Assembly: GCA_973895155.1 (NCBI GenBank)
Contig: OZ316894.1
Span: forward strand, 9,647,440-9,711,439
DNA: 64,000 nt
DNA from: Marsupella aquatica
Lineage: Eukaryota > Plantae > Marchantiophyta
Direction of reading: 5' to 3'
The notes beneath the pieces were generated by a model. That model did not search any database. It saw nothing but the letters and a program-made list of their open reading frames with translations, and was not told where the DNA came from. Numbering within the stretch: position 1 is the stretch's first letter; the number at the start of each line of letters is the position of its first letter. The position numbers were made by a program, and so were the translations under genes. Below are positions 12,018 through 25,005 of this stretch, one piece after another.

Positions 12018-13182
12018 GTTAGGAGAATCACTTGTTCCAAGTGGTCATGTGGCTGGATGTTGTCTAAGCCAAGATTTTAGAGGGCCCAAAGTGCACATTG
12101 GAATCTGGCTAGTTCGAAGAGTCTCATGTCGTTGGATCTCCTCAAGATTTGCAAAGACAAATGTGGAGAACCGTCCCGTGATAAGTCCTGTTAGTATGCA
12201 CCTGCAGTGTTCATTATAACCACTACAATCATGATTGCTGGAACTTTCTGTTTTTTCTGCAAGGATTATGGATTCGCATATGAGAGGGAACTTTTCTCAA
12301 AAAGGAGATATCCAGAAATAAGAAAAACATAATAGAACACGATGCAACAAGCATAGACAATACTCTAGATGTCCTCGTATCGTTACGGAAATGTGGAGGT
12401 CGCTAAATACCCCTTTGCAAAGTAGACTTGAGACGAAAAACAATCTGTAAGCATGACATGCCATTGTCGACCTGAACAGGTCCTTAAAAAGTCCATGACA
12501 ATTACTGAAAGCCTTTATTTACAACTTACCAGCTTCAATGGAAAAATGTTCTGTTGAAACCAACATTAAGGTACTGATTGTGCCTAGCCTTCCCGTGAGG
12601 TAACAACACCCAAGGCTAGCCATAAAATCTCCTTGCCATGGCAAGATCGATATGGAACATCCATGTGAAAGAACCAAAGCCTGGTGGGAATGTGAGATTT
12701 AACTATAGCACTCTATATAAACCTCCGTGAAAAGTCACATCAGCTGTAGTACTTTTGTCACAAAAGTGACAGTCATTGCTGTAAATCAGTTCCTGAACAA
12801 GGGATCACTCCGGGGTTGTCCCCATACATCATAGCAATTTGGAGTAACACATAGAATTCGTTACCCTAGCCAGTATGACAGACAACACGTTCTTGACTGT
12901 CTGTCACAAACCTTCTTACTGTAGATTCCATGGAAAGGACGAGGTACGGGCTGAGACCGAAAACGTTTAGAGCAAGAATCTGCCGAGACACCTTCACAAG
13001 AGATGTCTAACTAAGAATAACCATTACTCGTCAAAACAGCTACATTTTACTCTCCATTAGATACAATTGTGCTGTCAGGTCTGTGCTCAGCAACTCTTCA
13101 GATGTTGCCAGTGTACCACTGCTCCTTCAATGTTGCTAACGGATTCGCTTGTCATCCTCTTGCTCAGGCATAATTTGGTTAG

Positions 13183-16053
13183 TCAGTCCCAGACGCTTCC
13201 TGGCAAACACTTCCTCCTCTGCAAAGTGATCAACCAGAAAAGTAGGATGTGAGGATAGAGGTTTCAGTTCACAAGAGAGAATCGGGGACCATATGAGAGT
13301 ATGATCTCTGAGAAGAATTATGCCTATCCTATGTCATACTTTTCTGCTACATGATTCAAAATGAGAATCAGACAGCTAGGTTTCAAGTCACCTCAGAAAA
13401 TCCTCAATGCCTCAGTATGCTTGACCCAAAGACCCATGAAGACGACAATTCATAGCTCCTATCCGTGGCAAGTTAATAGCATGTATTGAAGGTAGGATAC
13501 CTGTGCTTCAACTAAATCAGCCATGCGGACGAGCCGTCTCCTCAAATTGGTGACTTCATCTTCACAGGAACCCCCTCCTTTTTCTTCAGCAAGATCTGAG
13601 CTTGTACAAACGTGCAAGATGTCATTATGATCTATATCATTCTTAAATCAAGACAAGCAAGAAATTAGAGAGTAATGACAGCTGACTCACTGTAGTAGTA
13701 CGAAGAAAGGATATTAATACGCTCCAGAGGCTGCACATGGGAAAGCAAAAACGAGATTAAAATGGCACACATGGAGGCATGGCAAATACCTTTAATGTGC
13801 GTTCTATCACCGATGAAACTAAAATACTAAGCAATTTCGAAGGGATTCGTAGTGAAATAAATCTCCAAGACAACAATGAACATAAAAGGAAATCTGAAAG
13901 GTCGCCAATTGAGAGGTACAGTTGCTTCTAGAAAATCGTCTTCAAAGTTCTGTGGAGCATCTCAGCTTACCATTACAAAGATGCCTTCTTTTCGTGTCTG
14001 CACCTCCTCAATTCTGGCAAGAGTGTCATCGCCTTTTGTTACCTTCCCAAATATTGCGTACTGTTGAGAAAAAGGAAACGACAAATTCTGTAGCAATCAG
14101 CTGAATAAGATTTGAAATAAATATGGCAAAAGACAAGGTGAGTTTAATGACTTCCAGATGCATACTTATGAAATGGATCACTAATCAGTCTATACCTTGA
14201 GGTTGTCCTATGAGCTACAGGAAAAAGAAGCCGGAAGGCAAATTGGCAGTTCGAAACAAAGTTGCACTCCCATGGACCATGAATATTGTTACCTCTCCAT
14301 CAAGATGAGGTGCAGGGTTCAATAGAAATGAAAATGAAGACCCTCCGCTGTTAGGGTCACTGTGCCTGAAATTCAAATGGGGATTAGGAGCAATTTCTCA
14401 TTCCAGCTACGTGGCATTGTAACGAATTCCGCAAGATGTTTTTGTCATTCGACGTCACGCATGGAGATGGACCATTGACCACCTACCACTTGCACTATGG
14501 GGGGCATGCTAGTCAAATAAAGTGTCTGGACGCAAGAGTTTTGACTTGCGGTGTCTGAAGTTGTAGCTCCTATCTAATACATATACCCATGCCATGCCCA
14601 GATTTCCTGCAGCTAGCAAGTCCCTATTCGGTAAAAATGACATGAAAAGGAGATTCTCTGTGATGGCCAAACCAACATTACTCTGAAGGGCGAGTGAAGT
14701 ACCACATACCGTCCCATGGAAAGGACACCACGAACGTGTTTCACTTTAGAGAACTCCCCAGGAATCGTCTTAACTCCTTCTGTCCGCTGCTCTTCATTCA
14801 GAGAAGCTTCTCTCCCATATACAACATCTGCAACTTGTGCTACAAAACCTTTGTCCACCTGTAACTTTGTATTAGAGGAAAATCTGGGCACACAGTTTGC
14901 CCTGATGCCACCGGCTACAATATGAACACATTAGTTTGACAAAAACATTGAGTTTATAAAAACAATGTAAAGAGCAACTTTCTTACTAATGCAATAGACG
15001 ATGACAAACCCAATGTCCAGCAACTATTATAAGAGAACAATACCAATGTAAATTAGCCAATTTGACATCACTGGTCCGTCTTACCTACCCATATCGTCTA
15101 TGACAACTGCGGGGTTAACAAAAGAGATGCTTGGTCACATGAAGTGAAGATCAAGAATTAATTTGCTGTATACGGGTGAAGAAGAGAACTCTGACCCGGA
15201 AAAAGTGGTTCGTGTTGTAGGCTCCCAATTTGACGAGCTTCAAGATATGCTCCACAGTTTTTGGAGCAACATCAGGATAAAATCCAAACTCTATATCACC
15301 GAACTTAGTCTGCACAGCAATCACAGCCCGTTTCTATGTCTCAACGTTGCATGAAAGAATCGGAACAGTTGCCAACTTGAGCTCTCTATCCTGAAATGAG
15401 AAGTGCTTCCACTACTGTACCAAACTCCTAGGGACAGACACTCCGCATACACCTTAAACCCTTGGGTAGATCTGTCGTGCTAGTTATATCGAGGGCCAAC
15501 AGATTTCAATGCATTCAGTTTGGTACGTGACTTCGAATGCCATGACAGGTGCTCCAATCAAGTACACTGGTCCGGGTTGCTCGTCCGAACGGAGTAAGGT
15601 TGGCAGCTTGTTACGAGAGCGAATGCTTAGCTTGAACCTTATCCACAGGACAGATTGTCTATGGATCCTGCTGCTCAAGTGAATTGTTCTTAACTATTTG
15701 AATTGAAATTCCTCGATAAGATAAGGAACGGTCATTTCTCCGGAACTAATGATCATTGTCCTCTCGCACCAGCCAGCTCAATACAAAAAGTAGTCCCCAA
15801 TCGAAGAGCTTTTTCGCAAAAACGCCTTTAGCTTCTCACCTAGATTGTCACCAGTATTGAAAATACTAAAAACTATTGGCAGGCAACGGAATTTCATTAC
15901 ATCACAGCATAGTCAATGAAGTTCTCTCACCTGGAAAACTACACGGATGGATCCAAGCTGGGGTTCTGCCGCGGCGCCAAACCCCGCAAGCCCCAATAGA
16001 CAGCAAGTTAGCAAAAGCGGCCCCCAACAACGGTATGGAAACGTCGGCGCCAT
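13183..16053 (-). CDS. CYP23: Cyclophilin-type peptidyl-prolyl isomerase CYP23 with signal peptide. Exons 16053-15931, 15309-15196, 14858-14710, 14365-14293, 14060-13971, 13730-13691, 13595-13501, 13218-13183
   Basis: EPQLGSIRVVFQ/TKFGDIEFGFYPDVAPKTVEHI...YNTNHFFR/VDKGFVAQVADV...KHVRGVLSMGR/...YAIFGKVTKGDDTL...EGIFVM/PLERINILSSYYY/...SCEDEV..LRRRL...RRKCLP follows Arabidopsis CYP23; all GT-AG with consistent phases. Confidence 0.95.
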
Positions 16054-16784
16054 CAGGCCTGTAGCACTCACAAAGGTCTCAAAAGAGGCCGTGGCTGACT
16101 TGCGAAGGAACTTCTTCTTGCAGCGCTGATACCCAAAAACTCCTCCCGGCCGTTCCTCCGGTCTAGAGATGTTCTCCTCTTCACAATCACTGCATTGGCA
16201 CCCACCTTCCCAAAAGCCGACCACACTCCTGTGTCCGTCTATCTGAAACTTTCTCTCAGCTTCGATGCAACCCTACTTGCTCTGCATCCATTCCAACCTT
16301 ATCAGAGAACTCCAAAATTGCTATCTGGTGCAAGAAACCTTTCAATCACGCATATGACGTCCTGCTTCCCCGTTCGCATTGACAAGGACATTGATCCTAA
16401 ACAGACAGCAATGACAGATTCACTCGTTGCCCTTCTTGCAGCTAAGATGGCAGACCTCGTCGAAAGGGAGGCCAATGATACTGTTCTGGGGTAGTGTGAC
16501 GGATGAGGATGAAAGTTCACTTTCACGTTTCTCGTTACGAACGGAAGTCTTTGGCAAAACGTTGGAACAGATAACAGAGAACAAAGAAAAGAATCACTTC
16601 CTTTCAACTCAGAAAGCGGGAAAAAAAAGGAATTGAAGAGAAATTTGAAATCAATTCTCAATTCAGTCGGTAGAAACTTACGTTGATTTCGTTTAGACTG
16701 TAATTGTACGTGTTTGTTGTGTGATCGATCGATCGATCAATAGATTATTTGGGTAAAGAGGGTTGAAGCCAGCAAAACTCGGGA

Positions 16785-17035
16785 ACAATTTATCTGACAA
16801 AACTCCAGTGCGAAACCAAAACTCCAGTAAAAACAGATCGTCCAAAATTTGGAAACAATTTATTTGACAAAACTCCAGAGGGAAAACAAAAGAAGAAATT
16901 TAGAGTCGTCCAAAATTTGGGAATGAAAAGAGGGAAAACAAAATTCAAGAAATGTAGAGTCGTCCAAAATTTGGGAATGAAAAGACGGAAAACAAAACGC
17001 AAGAAGCGGAGGAGACGTACAAAATTTGGGATTTA
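16785..17035. repeat. Short tandem units containing GTCGTCCAAAATTTGGGAATGAAAAGA, downstream of the tRNA
   Basis: CAAAATTTGG core at ~16843, 16911, 16965 and 17020. Confidence 0.7.
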
Positions 17036-17059
17036 CGAAGGGCTCCAAACACAACATGT

Positions 17060-17130
17060 TGCACTGCCCGGGAATCGAACCCGGGTCTGTACCGTGGCAG
17101 GGTACTATTCTACCACTAGACCAGCAGTGC
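17060..17130 (-). tRNA. trnG-GCC: tRNA-Gly (GCC)
   Basis: GCACTGC-TGGTCTAGTGGTAGAATA-GTACC CT GCC AC GGTAC-AGACCCGGGTTCGATTCCCGG-GCAGTGC-A; full cloverleaf with A and B boxes. Confidence 0.96.
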
Positions 17131-18393
17131 TACATATTCGGATTCTGGAGAGTAACAATTTGTTAAGATTTTGATCGGAGTTATTTTCATCATTTAGTAC
17201 TTTCAATAAGTCAGACCTATATTAAAGTGAGTACTTAAATGATGACGCTCATCACTGGGGAGTAGGTCACAAATGACTAAGTGACATTAGTACATGTCTA
17301 GATGTGTTGAGAAGAAGGGTTGTGTGTGAATCAAATGACGTGTCAAACCCAAGTTGAAGACTGGGGTGCAAGGTGAGGTGCAATGGCAACTGGATTTCTG
17401 TGTTATCTGCCTCTTGGGGTTAGTTTGGAGCCAGGGTAACTGGATTTTGTCCTCTTGGAGTTTGTTTTTCTAATGTTTTTCTATGTGCTCCACTGGTCTT
17501 GGGGACATGAGCTTTTCAAACAAAAAAAATAGAAATAGAAATGGAGAGAGGTCCAAGGTGGAGGTCCGATGCTGTAAAAGGGGTGAGAGGCAGGGAGGAA
17601 CGGAGAGAATAGGTTTTGCACCTTCCACCATTGCCCTACTGTCTTTCCCGCCAGGGCGTTGTGTGTTAGTAAATGGATTTTTTTGGGTTTCCATAAGAAT
17701 TTAACACATTGTAATTGGAAAAGTCAGAAGGAATATTTTTGCTTTTGAGTCTAATTTATTGGATACCCAAGAAACAACGTCCGGGACTTGTGTTTGAATA
17801 TTAGTGTTGTGTTTGAGTTGGACACTCAGTTTGAAATTTGACCCCAAGATGTTCTACATTGATCATAAATAGTACTAAAATTCAAGAATCATATAATCCA
17901 TTGCCCATTTTCAAACACGACGCCCCAGGTGAACTATTTGAATAGAGCGCTCCATGGCCCGCTATTCAAATACACGTTGTGTTCGAGGGAAGACTCTGTG
18001 TTTGGGGGAAGAGTAGTCATCTGGCTACATTGCGTCTATTAAATACTCCGCAATTCACCCTACCCCAAACTCCTTTGCCCTTGTAGTTTAGGGTGCAAGC
18101 TCCTCCCAGCAATACTCCCCTACCCAAATAGATCTGGATTCGCATTTTATCCAAAGAATGTGTGTGTGATAAAGTGAAATCGGTACTTACATTATTTTTC
18201 TAGGCAATTATCTAACTAAGTAGATAACAAACAATTTAAAAATATTTGAAAGGTAACTAATATGGTTACAGTAAAATGACATCATATTCTGGTTTTTTTA
18301 TGCTTCATATTTCCCAACATGGTGCTTCATAATTTACACCCATATGAACACAAACATGACAAGAAACCTCAAAATGACATAATATTCTGGTTT

Positions 18394-21300
18394 TGTTGAG
18401 GAATGATGCAGGAAATGATAATGAGATTCCTCTCTATAGAATGAATGGGTGCATCTCTATATATAGTCTCCGTCCGAGTTATCCTATACGATAACTATGG
18501 TTAAGGTAACCATGGAGTCTAGTTAGGGTATAACACTCCCCCTTGGCTATATAGTGATAACTATGTAGACAAAAAGTCTTCTAACTAGATTATCATGCTT
18601 ATAAACATGGCATGATTTGAGTACAAATGAGGAAGGTACTGCCTCGTTAAAACCTTTAACAGTTCTAAAAAACTCTATCAGGGTAACAGAGAAAAAAAAT
18701 AAAAAATCTCGGCTCTAAAGGAAAAAGAGTACAGCCCTGTCGGTCCTCAAGTGAATTCGGTGGTATGTGGAGTTAACAGCAACAACTCCACTCCGTCAAA
18801 ATGCATGAACAAGTTGTCATATGCTCTACGACTCAACAACAACGCGACATGTCTCCAAATCGCTCACCATCGCGCATACATCCGCACATACATCCTCGCA
18901 TCGAATACAAATTAAAACATATATGAAAAAATGATTAGTAATTAAGTTATTATCATAAAATCACTTGTCCATGGCTCATCTGCGCAAAGTGTAAAGTATA
19001 ATAATAAATAATGTCATCTCGTGCAACTGAGTGCGTAAAGTATGGGATGTAAAAAGTCCAAAAAATATGATCTCCCCCTCAAAACAAGGTTTCGAGGAAT
19101 ATATTATTCTCGTAAAACTCAAATATCGAAACTCTCCCTTAGAGTTCAAGGACTCCTAATTAGATTCTTAAATAGAGGGTTCTTGTGCAAAATGCACAAT
19201 TCGCAAGCGTGTGTAGTCGACACACAAAGAAATCTCTCAATCTTAGATTTTAAAAACATGTAGTATCAAATAGTTTTTATGTGAAAAATAATCTGCAGCA
19301 CCAAAGGGTGTGCATTCACAACACCAGCGGGTGTGTGTATAATATGGCACGTTTGCCCTGCACGTCTGCAGTTCTCATATTTTGACAAAAAGTGTCAAGT
19401 CAATATAACTTCACAAATAACCCTGTGGAATCCAAACCTTCAGTCGAACGTCCATGTGTGTCATAGCACAGAGAAATGCTAGCTCAAAATGATTCGCTAT
19501 CTTGCGGAGGTAAAGTGATATTCATAAATGTCAAACAACTCCGCATAAAAATAGTTTAGAGCTAGTGATAGTCAAAAGATCCCACTTAATGACCAAGTAC
19601 CAAAATGTAATCGTAGTGGGTAAATCAAGTGTGATTGGGGTTTGAGAAAATAAACTTTCTCCCCCTAAATATGCATATATTATAGTTGAAAGCTAGAATT
19701 AAGTTGGACCGGACAAAGTTATGGGGTTTGCCCATATTAACCCCCCATTACTCATTCTGATTTGAGTTTACTTCGGGTTTCTAAATATTCGCAGTTAGAC
19801 CCCTAAAGGGTTATTGATTATCCGCTTTTGGATATGGCCGGGAACTAAGGTCATGGAACTAACCTGAAGTACTGTACCTTAGATTATTCTGGATCTTTCG
19901 TGAGAAACATATCTGCCATCGATCTCAGAAAATCTATACCTTACCAAAATACCTCAAAAACTAGGTCATAGAGCATGGTTAAAGGTATGGTATTAGTTCC
20001 GTACTTAAAAACTATCATCCCACCGAACAATGGCTATAAAAGCTCTCGTTGGAGTTGTTTATGGTGTAAAGGCCATGAGGATAAGACCCTTAAGTAAGAT
20101 ATTGCCCTAATGTAGGGTGTAAATGGGTGTAAACCCATGTCAATTGGTGTAAAAGTTGTAAATGGTCAATTTACACACAAAAGTGTATGGACCAAATTTT
20201 ACTCCCCCTGATGGTGTAAATTGGTGTAAACCAGTGTAAATGCTATAAGCAAGTGTAATCTGGTGTAACCAGTGTAAACAAGTATAAACCCAATGTAAAG
20301 CATGGGATTATACAATGGTAAGACATACACCAGTGTAAACTGGTGTCATGAGGTATAATCTAGGATGGTATCATTAGGTGTAAACTAGGGGTGTAAAATG
20401 GTGTAAAAACCATTTTGTGATTGAAATGGGTGTAATAATCACTTTGTAAATGGAAAGTAGAGGTATTTCCAATGTGCAAAGTCAAGTAAGGGTGGTATGA
20501 CATGTAAATATGTCAAATGCATGTAAAGCATGTTAATGTATGCAAATTCAACAAGTGACATGTAATTTCCCTAAACCAGTTGATGTGTTTACATGTGTAA
20601 ACTGTGTAAATTGCTGTGTAAATTTGCAATGTGCACTTATCATTTTCCATTTCATGTGTTTATCCATAAGTGCAAAACATCCGTTGTCAACAAGATTTTC
20701 TTTGTTAATATGTGCATATATGGACAGTTTTTCAAAAATGAAGATTTTGCACTGAAACACATGGGATTCTCTTGTCTTTGGATAAGTGCACCCAAGCATT
20801 TGTATTTCAGAAACTCTTTACTATACTGTGCATTTAATGAGGGTTGCACTTATCTGGTGTTCGAGTTTTTCTCGAGGATTTTGAGATCGAATGTTGCATG
20901 TTTAAGTCACTCATGTGTGTCTCTTGAAATCTCACTTGTCGCTTTGGCTCATTCTTTGATTGCGATCAGCTTCTCAGGCTCATTCTTGGACAAGCACAAC
21001 ATTCCAGATTTAGTATTCAGAAAATGCTATCAGATCTAGACCCCACAATGATGATTCGTTTCTTTCACTGGATGCCATCTCCCGTACGTTCACAACCAAA
21101 GCCAAGATGTTCTTCCTCCATGGCATTTGCTTCTATCTTCTCCAATTTGATACGACTGTATCAAATGGCTCTTATTGGAATCTTCATTGAATCAGCAAAC
21201 GACCAATTCAACATCCATGTTTGGTCTCTTGTAATGCCTGTACTTCACTCGATCGTGTGTAACGGGCATTTCCTTTCATTCTTTATGGCTCGCAAATTGA

Positions 21301-22009
21301 CCAACAAGAAACTGTCAGCGGTTGAGAAACATTGTGAAATTCAGGGGAAGAGAAGGCGCCTGCGTTCGTCCCTTATGAGGTTAGGGTTTTGAAAATTTTT
21401 CTTATGATCCCGATTGGGTCCTGATTTGCTCTCGATCCACCCGGCTTCAACTCATCGCCTCGAGTGATTTAGGTTGATCTGGCCTGGTTGGGTAGAAGGA
21501 AGCAGCGCGGCTGAACTCGATCTCTCTTGCCTCAGCCATAGCTTTCCACTTGACTCAAATCATTGCCTTGAATACTGCTTTCCCACACGATCTTCAGAAT
21601 CACCCTTCAAAACAAAATTTCTTTTGATCATATCACAGCCTTCATAAGCTTGCTCTCGGCGCGACCACAATGCTACATCCTGTCGTTGCTTCAACGTGAC
21701 TCATGTTCTCTTGGTGGTTCAAACTACTAGCCTTCTCACTCCCAATTCAATTCTCCTCCATAACTTGGAAATCCTTAAGAGAACACATTCATTCATCATA
21801 GCCATAGGGAAATTCCTAAAAAAAATTCATGATCAAGCTTAGCTGGTCTAGAGTAGTGCTGATAACGTGTTGAGGAATGATGCGGGAAATGATAATGAGA
21901 TTCTTCTCTATAGAATGAATGGGTGCATTTCTATATATAGTCTCCGTCCGAGTTATCCTATACGGTAACTATGGTTAAGGTAACCATGGAGTCTAGTTAG
22001 GGTATAACA
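18394..22009 (-). mobile_element. Complete non-autonomous Ty1/copia LTR retrotransposon (Bianca-like), about 3.6 kb
   Basis: TG...CA LTRs at 18394-18535 and 21868-22009 (142 bp, 4 transitions); TSD GGTTT on both sides; PPT (CTCCCCCTT on +) at 18536; PBS at 21856-21867; no long internal ORF. Confidence 0.93.
20110..20625. repeat. TGTAAA/GGTGTAAA-rich low-complexity array inside the LTR element
   Basis: Numerous (G)TGTAA(A) motifs with irregular spacing and one inverted copy (TTTACAC). Confidence 0.75.
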
Positions 22010-22319
22010 GGTTTTTTATACTTAATACTTCCAATATGGTGCCCCATAATTTACACGAATATGAACACAAACATGACAAGAAACCTCATCATACTCTTGC
22101 TCATGTGACCTCACTATCACCATCCTCCTTGCTAATGTGACTCTATCACCATACTCCTTTGGTGATGTGAACTCTCTATCACCATCCTCCTTGCTAATGT
22201 GAGGCATCCTAGTGTCAGGTAATTTGCAAATGGACCCCTAATGGGAGTCTGTAAAGAATACCTACAATATTTCGAGAAACACGAAATATGAACTACCCGC
22301 CCCTCCTTTTCCTGCCCTT

Positions 22320-22590
22320 GTCCGTAACATAACATTTAGCGTTGCACTTCAAAGAATGTTGGCTGGGAGGAGAGTGTTCATTGAGGAGACGAGAACAAGA
22401 CCTTTGTGAGTGCAGAGGTAAGTGACGACATTTTCTAGTGTCGATCCAAAGTTGGAAGGTCCGTAACATAACATTTGACGTTGCACTTCAAAGAATGTTG
22501 GCTGGGAGGAGAGTGTTCATTGAGGAGATGAGAACAATATTTTTGTGAGTTCAGAAGTGAAGACATTTTCAAGTGTCGATCAAAAGTTGA
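22320..22590. repeat. ~140-bp tandem duplication; short ~50-bp repeats also lie at 22100-22200
   Basis: GTCCGTAACATAACATTT..CGTTGCACTTCAAAGAATGTTGGCTGGGAGGAGAGTGTTCATTGAGGAGA occurs twice. Confidence 0.85.
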
Positions 22591-23593
22591 AACAAAAGAA
22601 CAGCCTGCTGTCATGAAAGGAATACTGGAAATGGAGACCCTGGAAGACACTTTGTAGTAATGAAGGGCTGGGCGATTTGTCAACGGTCCGCTAGCTCTGC
22701 GGCGGACGAAGAATCTAGGGAGATGTTGTATTTCGTGTACGTTTAACGTTGTTTCGGAAGCTTTAGCTTGGCTAAGAGGGTGACACTAGTTTTCAATCGC
22801 TTCTGCAGAGTGGAGTTCCAATGTTCGCAAAGCTCATACGTTTCTGCCTCTGCTGGTTTCTTTCTGGAAATCGCAAGTCATTGAAGGAAACATCACACCT
22901 GAATGAACTAGGTGATAGTTTCTGAACAAGTACTACGCATTCCATTCAAGTTCGTATGCACCGGATCATGTCCAAGATCAGTATAGTATCAGGGTAATTA
23001 TCATGACAATTCTATTTCAATTCCCCACAGGATTCTAGGTTGAAGTATCTGAAAGATGCTGACAACTATTTATGATCAATGCCATTATCATGACAATTTT
23101 ATTTCAACAGATAGTTCAAAGTTGAACTATGTAGACGACGCTAACACAACTACTTATGCTCTCAAAAACTCATGACTTAACAAAGATTTCTTATGTAGGG
23201 CTCGTCTATCATCCAAATGTTATATCATGCAATCTATATTCTGTAATGTCATCATAACAGATCCTGTATGCTTCCAACTAAACTCACGATGAAGTAAGTG
23301 CCAATATGATCAAACTAATGTGATTGAATAGCAGGGATCCGAATGACTGTGGTCTGCCTCGTTGACAAGTCAAGAATATCCGATGTAGATCACATGTCGA
23401 TACAATTCTTGAAAGCGCTGATGCCTGGACGAAGAAGTTAGGTCCCGCCGTTAAAATATTGTGTTGGAACATCCGAAACGAAATCAAGCTATCGCCGGTT
23501 AGCTAGGACGCCATTCACTCGAAGAGGTTGAATCACTCTGTTTGATGCATAACCAGTGCTGAGCGCAATTGGAGTTGGCCGAGTGTGAATCAT

Positions 23594-23702
23594 CCGGAAT
23601 AGATTCGTAAAACTAACTTTGACCCCTCAACCGGAATAGATTCGTAGAACTAACTTTGACCCCTCATCCGGAATAGATTCGTAAAACTAACTTTGACCCC
23701 TC
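23594..23702. repeat. 37-bp minisatellite, 3 copies
   Basis: CCGGAATAGATTCGTA(A/G)AACTAACTTTGACCCCTC x3 with no spacers. Confidence 0.92.
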
Positions 23703-24043
23703 TAACCAGTCCTCTGCTGTTCAATCGTATTTCCACACTGGGAAGATCAACGAGACCTCAGTCGTGCAAATTGAAGCTGTGCCCGTCTAATCATAGAACT
23801 GGTCTAGGGTCCTGGAGACTTTGGAGTGAAGACTGAGCAAGGGTCTAACGTTCTTGGTAATGGGCACCTCTAATGAGAAAATGTACCCTCGGGACATTGC
23901 CAAGACCATAGCGATTTACCCTCACTCCCCTATCACGAACAGGGAGTAATATATCTAAATGGAAGATTTCTAGCGTACATGCTGAGCAGAATTACAACTG
24001 CTGGTGAATGGTGAGGGCTTGGCTCTACTTATAGTAGAGAATC

Positions 24044-24583
24044 TCAACCGGATTGATAATCTTGACTATCCGGTGGAATTTGATTTAGAGCTTGAGCACG
24101 ACCCCTGCTGGACCCATCCGATGATTCTTCCGACGTTTTATCTCCACTTGCCGAAATGTCACGTTCGGTGTCATATCCCGGTTCAGGCTGTTGAGCTCCC
24201 GTAGGTGGTGATTGCGCTGCTGATCGACCGGACCCGACGGCTCCGAGGTCAACCCCATCCGCAGTAGCCTTCTCCTGCAGCAACTGCATGTGTGCCGTGG
24301 CTCGAATCCTCTCCTGCTTGTCCGCAATCTCGTTCTTCTGCTCGATGGTTTTCGCCGTGGCTTCCTCTTTCGCTCCCTTGTTGAACGGGTGCGTTATGAT
24401 GTGAGCGGCTCCTTTCATCCCGGCCAGAGTCGTGTCCAGCTTCTCTTTCGCGCCGGAGGTTAGGAACGCCAAATTCTCCTTAGCCGAAGCTTTCTTGATG
24501 TTCACGCCCGCAGCTCCTTGCGTCTCTGCTTGGGGCTGCTGCTCCGTGGGCGGATGTTGCTGCTGCTGCTGTTGGGCAGCCAT
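24044..24583 (-). CDS. Late embryogenesis abundant protein, LEA_1 (group 4)-like, with a poly-Q N-terminus and a disordered tail
   Basis: SAKENLAFLTSGAKEKLD...AKEEATAK...ERIRATAHMQLLQEKA resembles the LEA_1 helical domain; hydrophilic, no Cys or Trp; ABRE-rich promoter. Confidence 0.72.
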   Translation of the reverse strand: MAAQQQQQQHPPTEQQPQAETQGAAGVNIKKASAKENLAFLTSGAKEKLDTTLAGMKGAAHIITHPFNKGAKEEATAKTIEQKNEIADKQERIRATAHMQLLQEKATADGVDLGAVGSGRSAAQSPPTGAQQPEPGYDTERDISASGDKTSEESSDGSSRGRAQALNQIPPDSQDYQSG

Positions 24584-25005
24584 CTTGGCAATAAGTCGTC
24601 GAGCTTGAAACGATCACGGGAATGAGAGCAGCAGTAGTCGCGGTGAGTTCCTGGGATTGGAGCGCAGTGCCGCAGCGCTTGAAGACCAGGTCCCAGCGAG
24701 GTGTGGAGACGAGGGTGAGGAGGAGGGACCAGATTGACGACCAGACGAGGGATTCAGAGGCGCAGATGGTGAAGAATGCGATGGAGATGGCGAGCGAAAC
24801 GCAGCACAAAGCGCAGAGCGTGCTCTGCTCTTTGGTTATCGCCACTTTGACGAGTAGATTGATGGGCCGAAAGAGCAATTCAGCGACGGAGCAATTGGCG
24901 ATGGAGCAATTGCATATCTACACGATGTCACGAAGAATTTCTATCGTTTCAGTCTGAGGAAGTTTTCTCTCGAGCTTCGACGACCAAAAGCGCGGGACTG
25001 GCCGA

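Noticed and set aside
20593-21392. ORFs inside the LTR element as gag/pol
   Set aside because: They are on the strand opposite to the element's PBS/PPT polarity and show no gag, protease, integrase or RT motifs
23594-23702. 37-bp repeats resembling a CRISPR array
   Set aside because: The repeats are contiguous with no spacers, there are no cas genes, and the context is eukaryotic
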